Source of the DNA: a virus
Virus record (IMG/VR): IMGVR_UViG_3300028800_000076
Coordinates: 12,205-76,204 of that record
Strand: one strand, 5' to 3'
DNA length: 64,000 bases
A model generated the notes under the pieces. That model searched no databases, was not told the DNA's origin, and saw nothing but the letters and a program-made list of their open reading frames with translations. This document shows positions 18,921-28,824 of the stretch, piece after piece. Position numbers and translations under genes: made by a program. Positions within the stretch are counted from its first letter, which is position 1. Each line of letters begins with the position of its first letter.

Positions 18921-18946
18921 TGTCAAGCGCAAACCCAAACTGGGTT
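18921..18946. promoter_or_regulatory. perfect operator palindrome next to a leftward -35 box
   Basis: AACCCA-AAC-TGGGTT at 18932-18946; minus-strand TTGACA at 18926-18921, heading the operon that contains the sugar cluster. Confidence 0.7.
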
Positions 18947-19431
18947 AATTGCTCTTATATGTCAGGGGCTTGACGGGAGGCTAAGGCTGAGGCACAAAAG
19001 GGAGCCCCCGCGAGGCGCAAACCTCCGGGGGCGTGATCGGTGGATATCTTGCTTGGGCAGCAGGGACCGATGGGTAGTAAATACCCTTCCTAGGTCCTCC
19101 ACGCAAGCCCCAAGCCGCCAATCACACAGTCCAACAGACGGGCTGCGTGCCTCCGTGAACAGAGCGGGGAGCCAGCGAGGGACAAGCCTACCAGCACAAA
19201 TAGGATGCCTTGAAACAGAGGCAGGTGATTCGGGCCGATGGTTGGACCCGATGAGCTACCGTCAGATGAAGCAGCGGAAGGACCGACAGGCTGACCCCGG
19301 CCCATAATCTCCGCTCAACCATGAAAGCCTGCGCGCCGTGGCTCCATCAGTCATGACCGGCTACTTCGGCCAGGGATGGTCGAAGTCTGCCCCGCCTTCC
19401 GTTCACCGCTCAGTCATGTACTATCTTATTC

Positions 19432-21081
19432 ATGAACCAAGCCCTTCTCCTCGCAGCCGCAGCCAAGAAATACAGGGAACTGGCTGAGCGAGAGCAGTGT
19501 GAAGATGATCTCTACAAGTTCCTTCAGGCAGGCTGGAAGTACATTGACCCCGCCCCTTTTGTCGGCGGCTGGCATCTGGAGGCCATCGCAGAGCACCTGG
19601 AGGCGGTCACCAGGGGCCAGATCAAGCGGTTGCTGATCAACGTGCCGCCCCGCTCCTCCAAAAGCTCCCTGTGCTCTGTGGCATGGCCAGCCTGGACCTG
19701 GGCGCAGTCAGTGCAGGGTCCTTGCTCAGGCCCTCACGTCCAGTTCCTCAGCGCGTCCTATGCGCAGACCCTGGCATTGCGTGATTCGGTCAAGAACCGC
19801 CGCCTGATCGAATCGCCATGGTTCAAGAAAATCTGGGGCGAGCGATTCCAGATGACCTCGGACGTGAACACCAAGGGCCGATTCGAGAACAACAAGGGCG
19901 GGTACAGACTCGCAACGTCTGTAGACGGGGCCCTAACTGGGGAAGGCGGACAGGTCATTTTAGTGGATGACGCCCATAATGCCACCGAGATCGAATCAGA
20001 CTTGGTGCGCGAATCCACCATCATGTGGTGGGACGAGGCCATGAGCACCCGCCTCAATGATCCGGCCACAGGTGCCTTTGTGGTGATCATGCAAAGGCTT
20101 CACCAGGAAGACTTAACGGGCCACATCAAGGACAAGGACCCCAACAACGACTGGACGTGGCTGATGCTGCCCATGGAGCACGACCGCTCCAGGCACTGCA
20201 TCACCTACGCCAAGAATGAATACGGCGAGAAAGAACAACTCTGGGAGGACCCTCGCGAGGAGGAAGACGAGCTTCTGTGCCCCACCCGCTTTCCCCGCGA
20301 GCAGGTGGACCGCCTCAAGGCCCAGCTAGGCCCCTTCGCAGCGGCGGGCCAACTTCAGCAGAGCCCCACGCCCAGAGGCGGCGGTATCATCAAGGAGGAG
20401 TGGTGGCAGGACTGGGAGGAGGATTCCTACCCGGTATTTGAGTACCTCATTGCCTCTGTGGATACGGCCTACACCGAGAAAGAGGAAAACGATCCCAGCG
20501 CGCTGACCATCTGGGGCGTCTTTCGCGAATACCGCACCGGCAACATGAAGATCATGCTGGTCTGGGCCTGGGAGGGCAGATTCGAGCTACACGACCTCGT
20601 GGAGGAAATCCTAACCACTTGTACGGTCAGTCCTATTTCCAATACACGCCAGGAGAAGCACGCAGGCAGGCCACGCTTTCCGGTCCATCTTTTATTGGTG
20701 GAATCCAAGGCTTCGGGATTGTCGGTGGGGCAAGAACTCTACCGGCTCATTGCGGGCAATGCGCCCTTCAACATCCAATTCCCCAACCTCAATAAGGGCC
20801 GATACACCCAGGACAAGGTGGCCCGGCTTTATTCGGTCCAGCATATCTTTGCGGACAAGATGGTCTACGCCCCACTGGGTAGAACCTTTGTGGACAAGGT
20901 GATCGATCAGGTCTCGGCCTTCCCCAAGGTCTCCCACGACGACTTGGTGGATACGGTCTCCCAGGCGCTCAAGTACCTCCGAGACACCGGCATCTTGGTG
21001 CGTCGGGACGAGCAGGCACTAGATTTAGATAGGGAAATGGCTTACCGTCCCAAGCAATTACCATTGTACCCAACCGGCTAG
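19432..21081 (+). CDS. terL: terminase large subunit
   Basis: INVPPRSSKS Walker A, ILVDD Walker B, IMQRLH, ASVDTA, VESKASG, DKVAR, HDDLVDT nuclease motifs. Confidence 0.95.
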   Translation: MNQALLLAAAAKKYRELAEREQCEDDLYKFLQAGWKYIDPAPFVGGWHLEAIAEHLEAVTRGQIKRLLINVPPRSSKSSLCSVAWPAWTWAQSVQGPCSGPHVQFLSASYAQTLALRDSVKNRRLIESPWFKKIWGERFQMTSDVNTKGRFENNKGGYRLATSVDGALTGEGGQVILVDDAHNATEIESDLVRESTIMWWDEAMSTRLNDPATGAFVVIMQRLHQEDLTGHIKDKDPNNDWTWLMLPMEHDRSRHCITYAKNEYGEKEQLWEDPREEEDELLCPTRFPREQVDRLKAQLGPFAAAGQLQQSPTPRGGGIIKEEWWQDWEEDSYPVFEYLIASVDTAYTEKEENDPSALTIWGVFREYRTGNMKIMLVWAWEGRFELHDLVEEILTTCTVSPISNTRQEKHAGRPRFPVHLLLVESKASGLSVGQELYRLIAGNAPFNIQFPNLNKGRYTQDKVARLYSVQHIFADKMVYAPLGRTFVDKVIDQVSAFPKVSHDDLVDTVSQALKYLRDTGILVRRDEQALDLDREMAYRPKQLPLYPTG

Positions 21082-21084
21082 GGC

Positions 21085-21306
21085 ATGGGCCAAGGCGCAC
21101 AGCACGAATTCGAGGTTGTGACTGACTACTGCATCCGATGCGGATGCTCCCGCATCGATGACGTTCAGGGCTTCCGGCATCACTGTGATGAGGTGGGGAA
21201 TGTGGTGGGGATTTCGCATCTGGTCTTGCTGAAAAGGTGGAGGAAGCCACTCGATGAAATCTGCAAAGAACTCAGCGAGCATTCTAGCGCCGCCAAATCC
21301 GGCTAA
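21085..21306 (+). CDS. hypothetical protein
   Basis: CxxC; directly after terL. Confidence 0.5.
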   Translation: MGQGAQHEFEVVTDYCIRCGCSRIDDVQGFRHHCDEVGNVVGISHLVLLKRWRKPLDEICKELSEHSSAAKSG

Positions 21307-21538
21307 CATCGATATGTTACGCAAGATTGTGGAGGACCTTTCCCCGCAAGCCCTTCCCGAAGGCGCAGCCCTGTTCTGGAGCCCCGATGGTGGCTTTCAG
21401 CTTCATGTGCCGGAGCCCCCAGCAGGCGAGAGTATCCCGATGCCAGCCTACATTATGGGGCTCTGCTTTGTCCGCCTGACGACTGACCCGTATTTCAAGC
21501 AAGAAATGATGAACTGGGCCAACCGGAACCAGAATTAA
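21254..21538 (+). CDS. hypothetical protein
   Basis: Same-strand packing; stop coupled to the next ATG. Confidence 0.5.
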   Translation: MKSAKNSASILAPPNPANIDMLRKIVEDLSPQALPEGAALFWSPDGGFQLHVPEPPAGESIPMPAYIMGLCFVRLTTDPYFKQEMMNWANRNQN

Positions 21539-21663
21539 TGGACCACGCAATCACATTGGGTGATGTTCTGGTGGTTCTGGCCGTGTTTGTCGGCGTTCTG
21601 GGCGCGCTCGGTCTTCTGGTTCTTGTGATCAGCCTTACGAATCCATTCAGGAGCGGCCATTAA
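21538..21663 (+). CDS. 41-aa single-TM peptide
   Basis: MDHAITLGDVLVVLAVFVGVLGALGLLVLVISLTNPFRSGH; TAATG overlaps at both ends. Confidence 0.6.
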   Translation: MDHAITLGDVLVVLAVFVGVLGALGLLVLVISLTNPFRSGH

Positions 21664-24335
21664 TGGCGCGCAGGCCCTCCGCACTGAAGCTGGTCCAGCC
21701 GGAAAACGCCCTTCCGGGCCCCGCCAGCGTTGACGTGCCCCCGCAGGGGCCTGATTCGCCTGTTTCGGTCAAAGATGGCGTCCTTTCCATCGAACATCCG
21801 GACGGTGCGGTCACCATCGACTTCAATCCGGACCTCTCGAACCCAGACAAGAAGATTTCAGGCGACTTTTACGCCAATTTGGCGGGCGAAATAGACGAAG
21901 GGACGCTGGAAACCATCGCTGCTGATCTCCTGGAGGGCTTCGACCGCGATGTGCAGTCCCGCAAGGAGTGGCTGGACACCCGGGCACGCGGAATCCAGCT
22001 TTTGGGTCTCAAACTGAATGACCCTAAGTCTGCCCCGGTCGATGGAACGGCCTCAATGGAGGGCACGTCCCAGGTTACGCACCCCCTGCTGCTGGAATCC
22101 ACCATCCGCTTCCAGGCCACCGCCCGTGGCGAGCTTTTGCCTGCCTCAGGGCCGGTCAAGGTGCGCAACGACGCGGTGCCGAACCCGAAGCCTGCCCCGC
22201 CGATGCCGCCCGTGGCCCTGCCGCCGCCGTCCCAGGAGAACAATCTGGGCATGGTGCCGGACGGCATGCCTGCTCCAGGCTCACCTGGGGCTGCACCTCC
22301 CGCACCGTCTCCAGGGCCGCCACAGGGCATGCCAGGGCCCGCAGGAGGCGCTCCTGGGGCTCCGCCGCTGCCTGCCCCGCCCCCGCCTCCTCCTGAGGAT
22401 CAGCCGATCAGTGACGACGATCTGGCGGGTGCCCTCGAAAAGGATATGAACCACTACCTGACGGTGACGGCGAAGGAATACATCCCCGACACCGACAGAA
22501 TGCTGTTCTACATCGGCTTTGGCGGTGACGGCTTCAAGAAGGTCTTTAATTGTCCCCTGAGGCAGCGCCCGGTCTCGGAGAGCGTAGACGCCGAGGACCT
22601 GATTGTATCCAACGCTGCGACTGCGCTGGCCAATTGTGGGCGCATCACGCATCGCATCCGGATGCGCAAATCCATCCTCAAGCGCATGCAGATTATCGGC
22701 GCGTACCGGGATGTGGAGCTTAATACCCCCTCCCCGCCGCAGCCGACCCCCGTAGACGTAAAGAAGGCTGAGATCGCAGGCGAGAATGTCAACGTCCAAC
22801 GCCCCCAGGATCGCGACTACGAGATTCTGGAAATCTACTGCGAGCTTGATCTGGACGACTTCGCGCCCAAGCACCTCAGGAAAGAGGGCCTGCCGCTGCC
22901 CTATCGGGTGACCATCGAGAGGCAATCCAGGCAGGTACTCTCGGTTATCAGAAACTGGAACGAAGACGACAAACAGGCCCTGCCCAAGCAGTTCTTTGTG
23001 CAGTTTCCCTTTGTACGTGGCCTTGGCTTTTATGGCCTGGGCTTCATCCACATTCTGGGCAACACCACTATTGCGCTTACGGCTTTGTGGCGCGAAATCA
23101 TCGATGCCGGAATGTTCGCCAACTTCCCGGGCTTCCTCTATCTCAAAGCGCTGGGCAGGCAGCTAACCAATCAATTCCGGGTGCCTCCTGGCGGCGGCGT
23201 GGGTCTCGATGGAGGTCCCGGCCAAGACATCCGCTCCATGGTGATGGCGCTCCCCTACAAGGAACCCGGCGCGGCCATCACATCCTTTACCTCGCACATC
23301 GAGGAGGTGGGCCAGCGTCTAGGCATGACCGGCCAGACGGAGGTGGGCGAGGGCAAGCAGGATGCTCCAGTTGGCACCACGCTGGCCCTGATCGAGCAGG
23401 CCACCAAGATCATGGACTCGGCCCACAAGCGGCTTCATGCCGCCCAGGCCGAAGAATTCCAGTTGCTCAAGGAGCGCTTCAAGGAAGACCCAGAAGCGCT
23501 GTGGCGGCACAACAAGCGCCCCACATTGCCCTGGAAAAAGGAGATGCTCTTAAGTGCCCTGGAGAACCATGATCTGGTTCCGGTGGCCGATCCGAACAAT
23601 CCCACGTCGCTGCATCGTGTGGCCAAGGCGCAGGCCCTCCAGCAGCTTCAGCAGACCTATCCGAACCTCTACAATCCGCTGGCGATCAACCAGCGCATTC
23701 TGCGCACGGTGGATATCGACCCAGAGGGCCTCTTCAACGAGACGCCGACTCCGGATAAGCCAGACCCGAGACTGGTTGCGATCCAGGAGAAGGCTAAGGC
23801 ATCGCAGATGCAGGCCCAGTTGGGTGCGATGCAGGCCCAGTTGCAGCAGACTGTAGAGACCATGAAGGTCCAGAATGCCCAGCAGGACCGCGAATCACGC
23901 GAGCGCATTGCTGCGGCCAAGCAGCGCCTGGAAGAAACCCGGCTGGTGATCGAGCAAATCAAAGACTCGGATCAGTGGAATATGGAAAACGCTCAGCGCA
24001 TCCAGGAAATGTACCACAAGGAAATGGCGCAAGCGGCTGACCTGGAGAATGAGCGCCGCCGCATGGTCATGGATGGCGCGCAGAAGCACCAGGAGCTTCA
24101 GCAGCAGGGCGTGGAGAAGGCCGTTGAGATACATCACGATAACATTGCCGCCACGCATGAGCATGAGCGAGCTAAGCAGCAGCATTCTGCCGATATGGAC
24201 ATGGCCCAGCAAAAGCACGAGCAGGCCATGGAGCATCAGCGCCAGCTTCACGAACAAAAGCTGGAGCAAGCCAAAGCCCTTGCGGCTCAGGCAAAAGCAG
24301 CTAAACCTAGCAAACCCACAAAGGGGAAAAGCTAA
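21663..24335 (+). CDS. portal protein
   Basis: Position after terL; FYANLA, SRKEW, HPLLLE..IRFQA, GFYGLG, APVGTTLALIE; C-terminal coiled-coil barrel. Confidence 0.9.
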   Translation: MARRPSALKLVQPENALPGPASVDVPPQGPDSPVSVKDGVLSIEHPDGAVTIDFNPDLSNPDKKISGDFYANLAGEIDEGTLETIAADLLEGFDRDVQSRKEWLDTRARGIQLLGLKLNDPKSAPVDGTASMEGTSQVTHPLLLESTIRFQATARGELLPASGPVKVRNDAVPNPKPAPPMPPVALPPPSQENNLGMVPDGMPAPGSPGAAPPAPSPGPPQGMPGPAGGAPGAPPLPAPPPPPPEDQPISDDDLAGALEKDMNHYLTVTAKEYIPDTDRMLFYIGFGGDGFKKVFNCPLRQRPVSESVDAEDLIVSNAATALANCGRITHRIRMRKSILKRMQIIGAYRDVELNTPSPPQPTPVDVKKAEIAGENVNVQRPQDRDYEILEIYCELDLDDFAPKHLRKEGLPLPYRVTIERQSRQVLSVIRNWNEDDKQALPKQFFVQFPFVRGLGFYGLGFIHILGNTTIALTALWREIIDAGMFANFPGFLYLKALGRQLTNQFRVPPGGGVGLDGGPGQDIRSMVMALPYKEPGAAITSFTSHIEEVGQRLGMTGQTEVGEGKQDAPVGTTLALIEQATKIMDSAHKRLHAAQAEEFQLLKERFKEDPEALWRHNKRPTLPWKKEMLLSALENHDLVPVADPNNPTSLHRVAKAQALQQLQQTYPNLYNPLAINQRILRTVDIDPEGLFNETPTPDKPDPRLVAIQEKAKASQMQAQLGAMQAQLQQTVETMKVQNAQQDRESRERIAAAKQRLEETRLVIEQIKDSDQWNMENAQRIQEMYHKEMAQAADLENERRRMVMDGAQKHQELQQQGVEKAVEIHHDNIAATHEHERAKQQHSADMDMAQQKHEQAMEHQRQLHEQKLEQAKALAAQAKAAKPSKPTKGKS

Positions 24336-24541
24336 TGGCCCAAACCAAAGAGCTTACCAAAGGTCTTGTTGACGAGACGGCAGCCACACCTGCCCAGGAA
24401 CAGAAGCCACAGGCCTATTGTGATCGACAGGGCCCCGGCTACGACAACGATGTCTCGCTCAAAAGCTGGCTCCGCAATGGGGATGCTACGACCAAGCCCG
24501 GCTTCGATCACACAGGCAAAGGCACGAAGGAGAAGGTCTGA
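24335..24541 (+). CDS. hypothetical head-module protein
   Basis: TAATG coupling to the portal gene. Confidence 0.6.
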   Translation: MAQTKELTKGLVDETAATPAQEQKPQAYCDRQGPGYDNDVSLKSWLRNGDATTKPGFDHTGKGTKEKV

Positions 24542-24747
24542 TGGCCCATCCTTATGCCGATAAGATTCCAGGCCGGGCTAAAGCGCAGGCAATGTGTAAA
24601 GCTGACGGTGGTATGGTCGTAGCCACTCAGGCTCCTGTGAATGAGCAATTCCCCGGAGCCTCTACAGACAATCCCATCGATCAGTCTCGAACGCGGCACT
24701 TCCAGCGCCAGCGCAAAGACTATTCGTCTGAACCGAAGGTGGGCTAG
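24541..24747 (+). CDS. small protein with KADGGMV motif
   Basis: TGATG coupling; MAHPY start parallels MAHPF and MANHPY in the next two genes. Confidence 0.6.
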   Translation: MAHPYADKIPGRAKAQAMCKADGGMVVATQAPVNEQFPGASTDNPIDQSRTRHFQRQRKDYSSEPKVG

Positions 24748-25197
24748 ATGGCGCACCCCTTCAAAAGCACAGCCAAGAGCGGTTCACGCGGCAAGTTCAA
24801 GGCGCTGACCGGCAAGAAGAGCCGTGCTGAAGGGGATGTGGACGGCTCACATCTTCAGCCAGCCCACAAGCGAATGGCCGACATGGGCATGGTCAAGGGC
24901 GATAAGTCGATGCCCAGGATCGATAAACGGGCCCGTGGTGGCCGCACCAAGTCGAAAATCAACATCAACATCATATCTATGCCTCATGGCGCTGAGCAGG
25001 GGGGTCCTCCTCCACTACCCTCCGCTCCGCCGATGGGGGCAGCCCCCGCCCCGGGTCCTCTCCCGTTCTCGGGCGCGGGGGCACCTCCCATGCCTATGCG
25101 CAAGCGTGGCGGTCTGGTCAAGATGACGGGCGGCGCTGAAGGCGGCTTAGGCAGGCTCCAAAAAGCTCGCAACGCAAAGAAGATGCGCGGTGGCTAA
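24748..25197 (+). CDS. basic, Pro/Gly-rich protein with GG motifs (putative core protein)
   Basis: DKRARGGRT, RKRGGLV. Confidence 0.7.
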   Translation: MAHPFKSTAKSGSRGKFKALTGKKSRAEGDVDGSHLQPAHKRMADMGMVKGDKSMPRIDKRARGGRTKSKININIISMPHGAEQGGPPPLPSAPPMGAAPAPGPLPFSGAGAPPMPMRKRGGLVKMTGGAEGGLGRLQKARNAKKMRGG

Positions 25198-25378
25198 TCA
25201 TCCGTATCTGCGCAAGGTCCAGGCCAAGCTCGAAAAGGTCCGCCAAGAGCAGACCGCTCGCATGATGGACGGCCAGTGCAGCGACTACGCCACCTACCGT
25301 GAATACGTCGGTATGGACCGTGCTATAGGCATGGCCATTCTGATGTGCGACGATATTGAAAACGAGGAGAAGCAATAG
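25190..25378 (+). CDS. hypothetical protein
   Basis: DYATYREYVG helix of the kind usually found before phage GroES. Confidence 0.65.
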   Translation: MANHPYLRKVQAKLEKVRQEQTARMMDGQCSDYATYREYVGMDRAIGMAILMCDDIENEEKQ

Positions 25379-25783
25379 ATGCCGGTGGCATTTGCCAAGA
25401 AGACCGAGGTTATCTCTCAGGCCGAAGACCCTGCTGAAGCCATTCGCAAGGCCATCGGAAACACCAAGGATTTTCAAACCTTGGGCGATTTGGTTCTGGT
25501 TGGCACGTATATTCAGCCAGAACAGCGCAAAAGCGGGCTTTACCTCCCCAAGGAGGCAGTTCGAGAGGACGAATACCAGGGCGTGGTCGGACTGATCATC
25601 CAGATGGGGCCTGACGCTGAAGCGCACGCCAAAGAGATCAATGGCCCCATTGTGGGCGACTGGGTTGTCTATTCGGTCAATAATGGATGGTCGATGCACC
25701 TGCGGGATACCGCGTGCCGACTGGTGCCCTACGACAAGCTCCGCATGCAAATTTCCAGCCCAAGGCTAATTTACAATGCCTAA
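25379..25783 (+). CDS. groES: GroES-like co-chaperonin
   Basis: LGDLVLV...KSGLYLP...GLIIQMGPDA...VGDWVVY. Confidence 0.75.
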   Translation: MPVAFAKKTEVISQAEDPAEAIRKAIGNTKDFQTLGDLVLVGTYIQPEQRKSGLYLPKEAVREDEYQGVVGLIIQMGPDAEAHAKEINGPIVGDWVVYSVNNGWSMHLRDTACRLVPYDKLRMQISSPRLIYNA

Positions 25784-26804
25784 ACTCAGAGCCGTTCGCA
25801 CCAAGGAAGAAGCTGAGCTTGTGCCCCCGACCGAGTCGGTGGCCATCGATCTTTCGCCCGCCCCCATTCCTGCGGAGAAAGAGCCCGATATCCAGGTTGC
25901 GCCCAAGCAGCCCGAGCAAGTCACTGAGCCCCCGGCCGAAGACAGCATCAAGCTCCTCAAGGAGCAGCTTGAGCAATCCAAGAACGCCGAGAAGGCCGCC
26001 CAAGACGCACTGATTGCGGCCCAGCAGCGCGAGCAATCGCTGGCGCGGGAGCGTGATGAAAGTCGCGCCCACGGCACGACTCTCAAGCAGGAGGCTGACG
26101 AGGCCAAGTATACGGCCGTGGTGAATGCCCTGGGCGGAGCCATCGCAGAAGCAGAGGCTGCCCAGCAGGCCTGGGAGGCTGCTGACATCGCGGCCGACTC
26201 CAAGAGCAAGGCAGAGGCCCAGCGCAGGCTTACGCGCGCCGAAGCCAATGTGGCGCGCTTTGAGGACGCCAAAGACAACATGGAGGCCCGCCGCGAGCAG
26301 GCCAAACGTGAGCCCCCGCCGCGTCCACAGGCCCCGTCCGATCCGGTCGAGGCTGCACTGGCCACAATGCCAACGCTACCCTCGAACGCCCAGACATGGC
26401 TGCGGTCTCATCCAGAATACCTGACGGATGTGCCCAAGAACGCCAAGCTCCAGGCGCTGCACTGGGAGGTGGTCCGGGCAGGCCATCCACAATTCTCACA
26501 GGGCTACTTCCAGGACCTGGAAGAGCGCCTGGGGTTGCGCCAGAAGGCCCAGCCCACGCAAGAAGACATTGAAGTCGAGGAGCCACCCGCTCCACAGCCA
26601 AGGAGAACCTCTGTGCCCTCAGCCCCGCCGTCTCGCGATGTCCCGTCTGGCGGGACAGGCCAGCGCAGCAAGACCCGTGTCGAGCTTACCCCGGAAGAGC
26701 GCGAGATCGCGCGCCTCAGCGGGGTAGACGAAGTAACTTACGCCAGAGGCAAGCTCGAACTAGAACGCCGCAAATCCAACGGCCTGTATCAGGAAAGAAA
26801 CTAA
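25776..26804 (+). CDS. capsid scaffolding protein
   Basis: Acidic coiled coil; C-terminal VELTPEEREIARLSGV..YAR; upstream of the capsid genes. Confidence 0.75.
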   Translation: MPKLRAVRTKEEAELVPPTESVAIDLSPAPIPAEKEPDIQVAPKQPEQVTEPPAEDSIKLLKEQLEQSKNAEKAAQDALIAAQQREQSLARERDESRAHGTTLKQEADEAKYTAVVNALGGAIAEAEAAQQAWEAADIAADSKSKAEAQRRLTRAEANVARFEDAKDNMEARREQAKREPPPRPQAPSDPVEAALATMPTLPSNAQTWLRSHPEYLTDVPKNAKLQALHWEVVRAGHPQFSQGYFQDLEERLGLRQKAQPTQEDIEVEEPPAPQPRRTSVPSAPPSRDVPSGGTGQRSKTRVELTPEEREIARLSGVDEVTYARGKLELERRKSNGLYQERN

Positions 26805-26806
26805 TC

Positions 26807-27400
26807 ATGGCTTGGCCCAAAGGAAAACCGCGTGGTAAGACTGCTCCTTCGGTTGCTGACCTTGCAGGTGCTCCAGCCACCCCAGTGGAACGCGCGCCCC
26901 TCAAGGCTCGCCCCACTGGGGTGAACCGCTTCAAACTCAAGGCGGGCGCGAATTGGGAATCGACCGATGATAGTCTCCCGGACGGCATCGACCGCTATCA
27001 CATCGACAAGGAAGAGATTCCAGAAGGCTTCGACCTTCAGTGGGTGACGGTCAGCGTCCTGGGCCAGGACATGCCGCGCGAGCGTGCAGCCTTCGAGCGT
27101 AAGGGCTGGACGCCTGTCCATCAGGAAGACTTCGACGGCACCTTTAATGGCCGCTGGATGCCTCGCGATGCGGATGGCGAGATCAATGAGGGCGGTCAGG
27201 TGCTGATGGCACGCCCGCTTGAGATCAGCCTGAAGGCCCGCAAGCGCGATCAGCAAATGGCCCGCGATCAGATTCGCGTCAAAGAGCAGGCGCTGTATTC
27301 GGGTGATCTGCCCATCTCGGGCGCGGATCACGTCTCGGCGCGTAAATTCAATTCGATCAATCGCAGCGTTGAGAGGATTGCGGTTCCCTCGGATGATTGA
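26807..27400 (+). CDS. conserved head-module protein
   Basis: IPEGFDLQWV..SVLG...GWTPV...GGQVLMARP. Confidence 0.7.
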   Translation: MAWPKGKPRGKTAPSVADLAGAPATPVERAPLKARPTGVNRFKLKAGANWESTDDSLPDGIDRYHIDKEEIPEGFDLQWVTVSVLGQDMPRERAAFERKGWTPVHQEDFDGTFNGRWMPRDADGEINEGGQVLMARPLEISLKARKRDQQMARDQIRVKEQALYSGDLPISGADHVSARKFNSINRSVERIAVPSDD

Positions 27401-28043
27401 TTCCTATTCTGCTGCGAGGGCCGCAGGCGCTAAGAAGTATTTTACTGGGAAGCCCTGTAAATACGGTCACCTCGCAGAGCGGCTTGCTTCGACTGGCTCC
27501 TGTACACGATGCAATGAGATTAATAATCTATTGTGGGATGCTGCGCACAGGCAGCAGCGAAGCGAAGCTGCAAAATCTCGTCGTCAAGAGAATCCGGAAA
27601 AACAACGGGAGGCTGTGCGCAGACATTACATTTCCAATAAAGAAAAAAGGCTCGCATTTGCGAGGCGGTATGCTGAAAAACACAGAATATTAATTGCAGA
27701 AAAACGAAGGCTTCCAGCCAGCAGGGTCAGGGACCGGGAGCGGTTGAGGAAATGGAGAAAAGATAATCCAGAAAGTGTAAAAATGAGCACTAGCCGCCGC
27801 AGAGCGGTAATTGGCAATCATAGTCGCGCAGACATATCAGAGATACTAGGATGGCAGAGAAATAAATGCGCGTATTGTCGTGTGAGTCTGCGGAAAGGTT
27901 TTCACCTGGATCATATTTTGCCTATCGCTAAAGGCGGATCGAACTTTAGAGCCAATCTTCAGGCCCTATGCCCAGACTGTAATCTGCGGAAAAATGCCAA
28001 ACACCCTATTGAATTTGCCCAAAATATTGGATTGCTGCTCTAG
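27393..28043 (+). CDS. HNH endonuclease
   Basis: YFTGKPCKYGH; CAYC...HLDHILPIAKGGSN..NLQALCPDCN; AT-rich. Confidence 0.9.
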   Translation: MIDSYSAARAAGAKKYFTGKPCKYGHLAERLASTGSCTRCNEINNLLWDAAHRQQRSEAAKSRRQENPEKQREAVRRHYISNKEKRLAFARRYAEKHRILIAEKRRLPASRVRDRERLRKWRKDNPESVKMSTSRRRAVIGNHSRADISEILGWQRNKCAYCRVSLRKGFHLDHILPIAKGGSNFRANLQALCPDCNLRKNAKHPIEFAQNIGLLL

Positions 28044-28050
28044 AGAGCTA

Positions 28051-28197
28051 TTGACGCCATACCGCCAATAGCCTTATAGGTAATTGATACACCCAGATAA
28101 TGGGTGTGAGCGCGCCGCTCAAAATCCAAACATCACACGCCGTGGTGGTTCCGGTAGACGCCCAATCATGGGCTCTACGAGAGAGGAGCCCTGCACC
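28051..28197 (+). promoter_or_regulatory. late promoter and structured leader
   Basis: TTGACG at 28051 with TATAGG near 28075; hairpin ACACCC-AGATAAT-GGGTGT; GAGGAG SD. Confidence 0.45.
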
Positions 28198-28824
28198 ATG
28201 GCTAATACGAATAACGCATTTGGTTTCCGCTCGTTTGGCCATCAGGATGGCTCCGCCCCGACGATGGGGCTTCAGCGCTATTTCATCAATTCCAGCGACA
28301 CCAACCTGTACTTCACGGGTGATCCGGTGGCGCTCTCGTCCGCTGTTGGCGGCGGCAACATCCAACCCTATAGCGGTAGCTCGCTCTCGGTCATCTGCCT
28401 TGGCATCTTCGCAGGCTGCGAATACTACAACACCAACGTCCAGAAACAGGTCTGGTCGCCATACTTCCCGGGCAACGTCGGCTCTTCGAGCCCTTGCACC
28501 GCCTACGTCATCACCGATCCGGAAATGCAGTTTCTGGTCCAGGCCTCATCGGGCCCGGTGACCTCCAGCTATATCGGCTACAACCTCAACATCATCTCGG
28601 CCGTTTCCTCGTTGGGCAACACCACCAACGGTATCTCCAACGTCACCATCAACTCGTCGGCGGGCACGCTCGGTGGCTCCTCGCAGCCCTTCCGCGTGAT
28701 CGACGTTTATTCGAACTTCGCACCTCCGGGCGCTCCGGGTGCTGATGTCACGACTGCTTTCAACTGGGTTGTTGTCGCGCCGAATAACTGGGCTCGCCGG
28801 ACCCTCACGGCCGTCAGCACCTAA
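28198..28824 (+). CDS. capsid decoration/minor capsid protein
   Basis: MANTNNAFGF...GIFAGCEY...AYVITDP; position before the MCP. Confidence 0.7.
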   Translation: MANTNNAFGFRSFGHQDGSAPTMGLQRYFINSSDTNLYFTGDPVALSSAVGGGNIQPYSGSSLSVICLGIFAGCEYYNTNVQKQVWSPYFPGNVGSSSPCTAYVITDPEMQFLVQASSGPVTSSYIGYNLNIISAVSSLGNTTNGISNVTINSSAGTLGGSSQPFRVIDVYSNFAPPGAPGADVTTAFNWVVVAPNNWARRTLTAVST

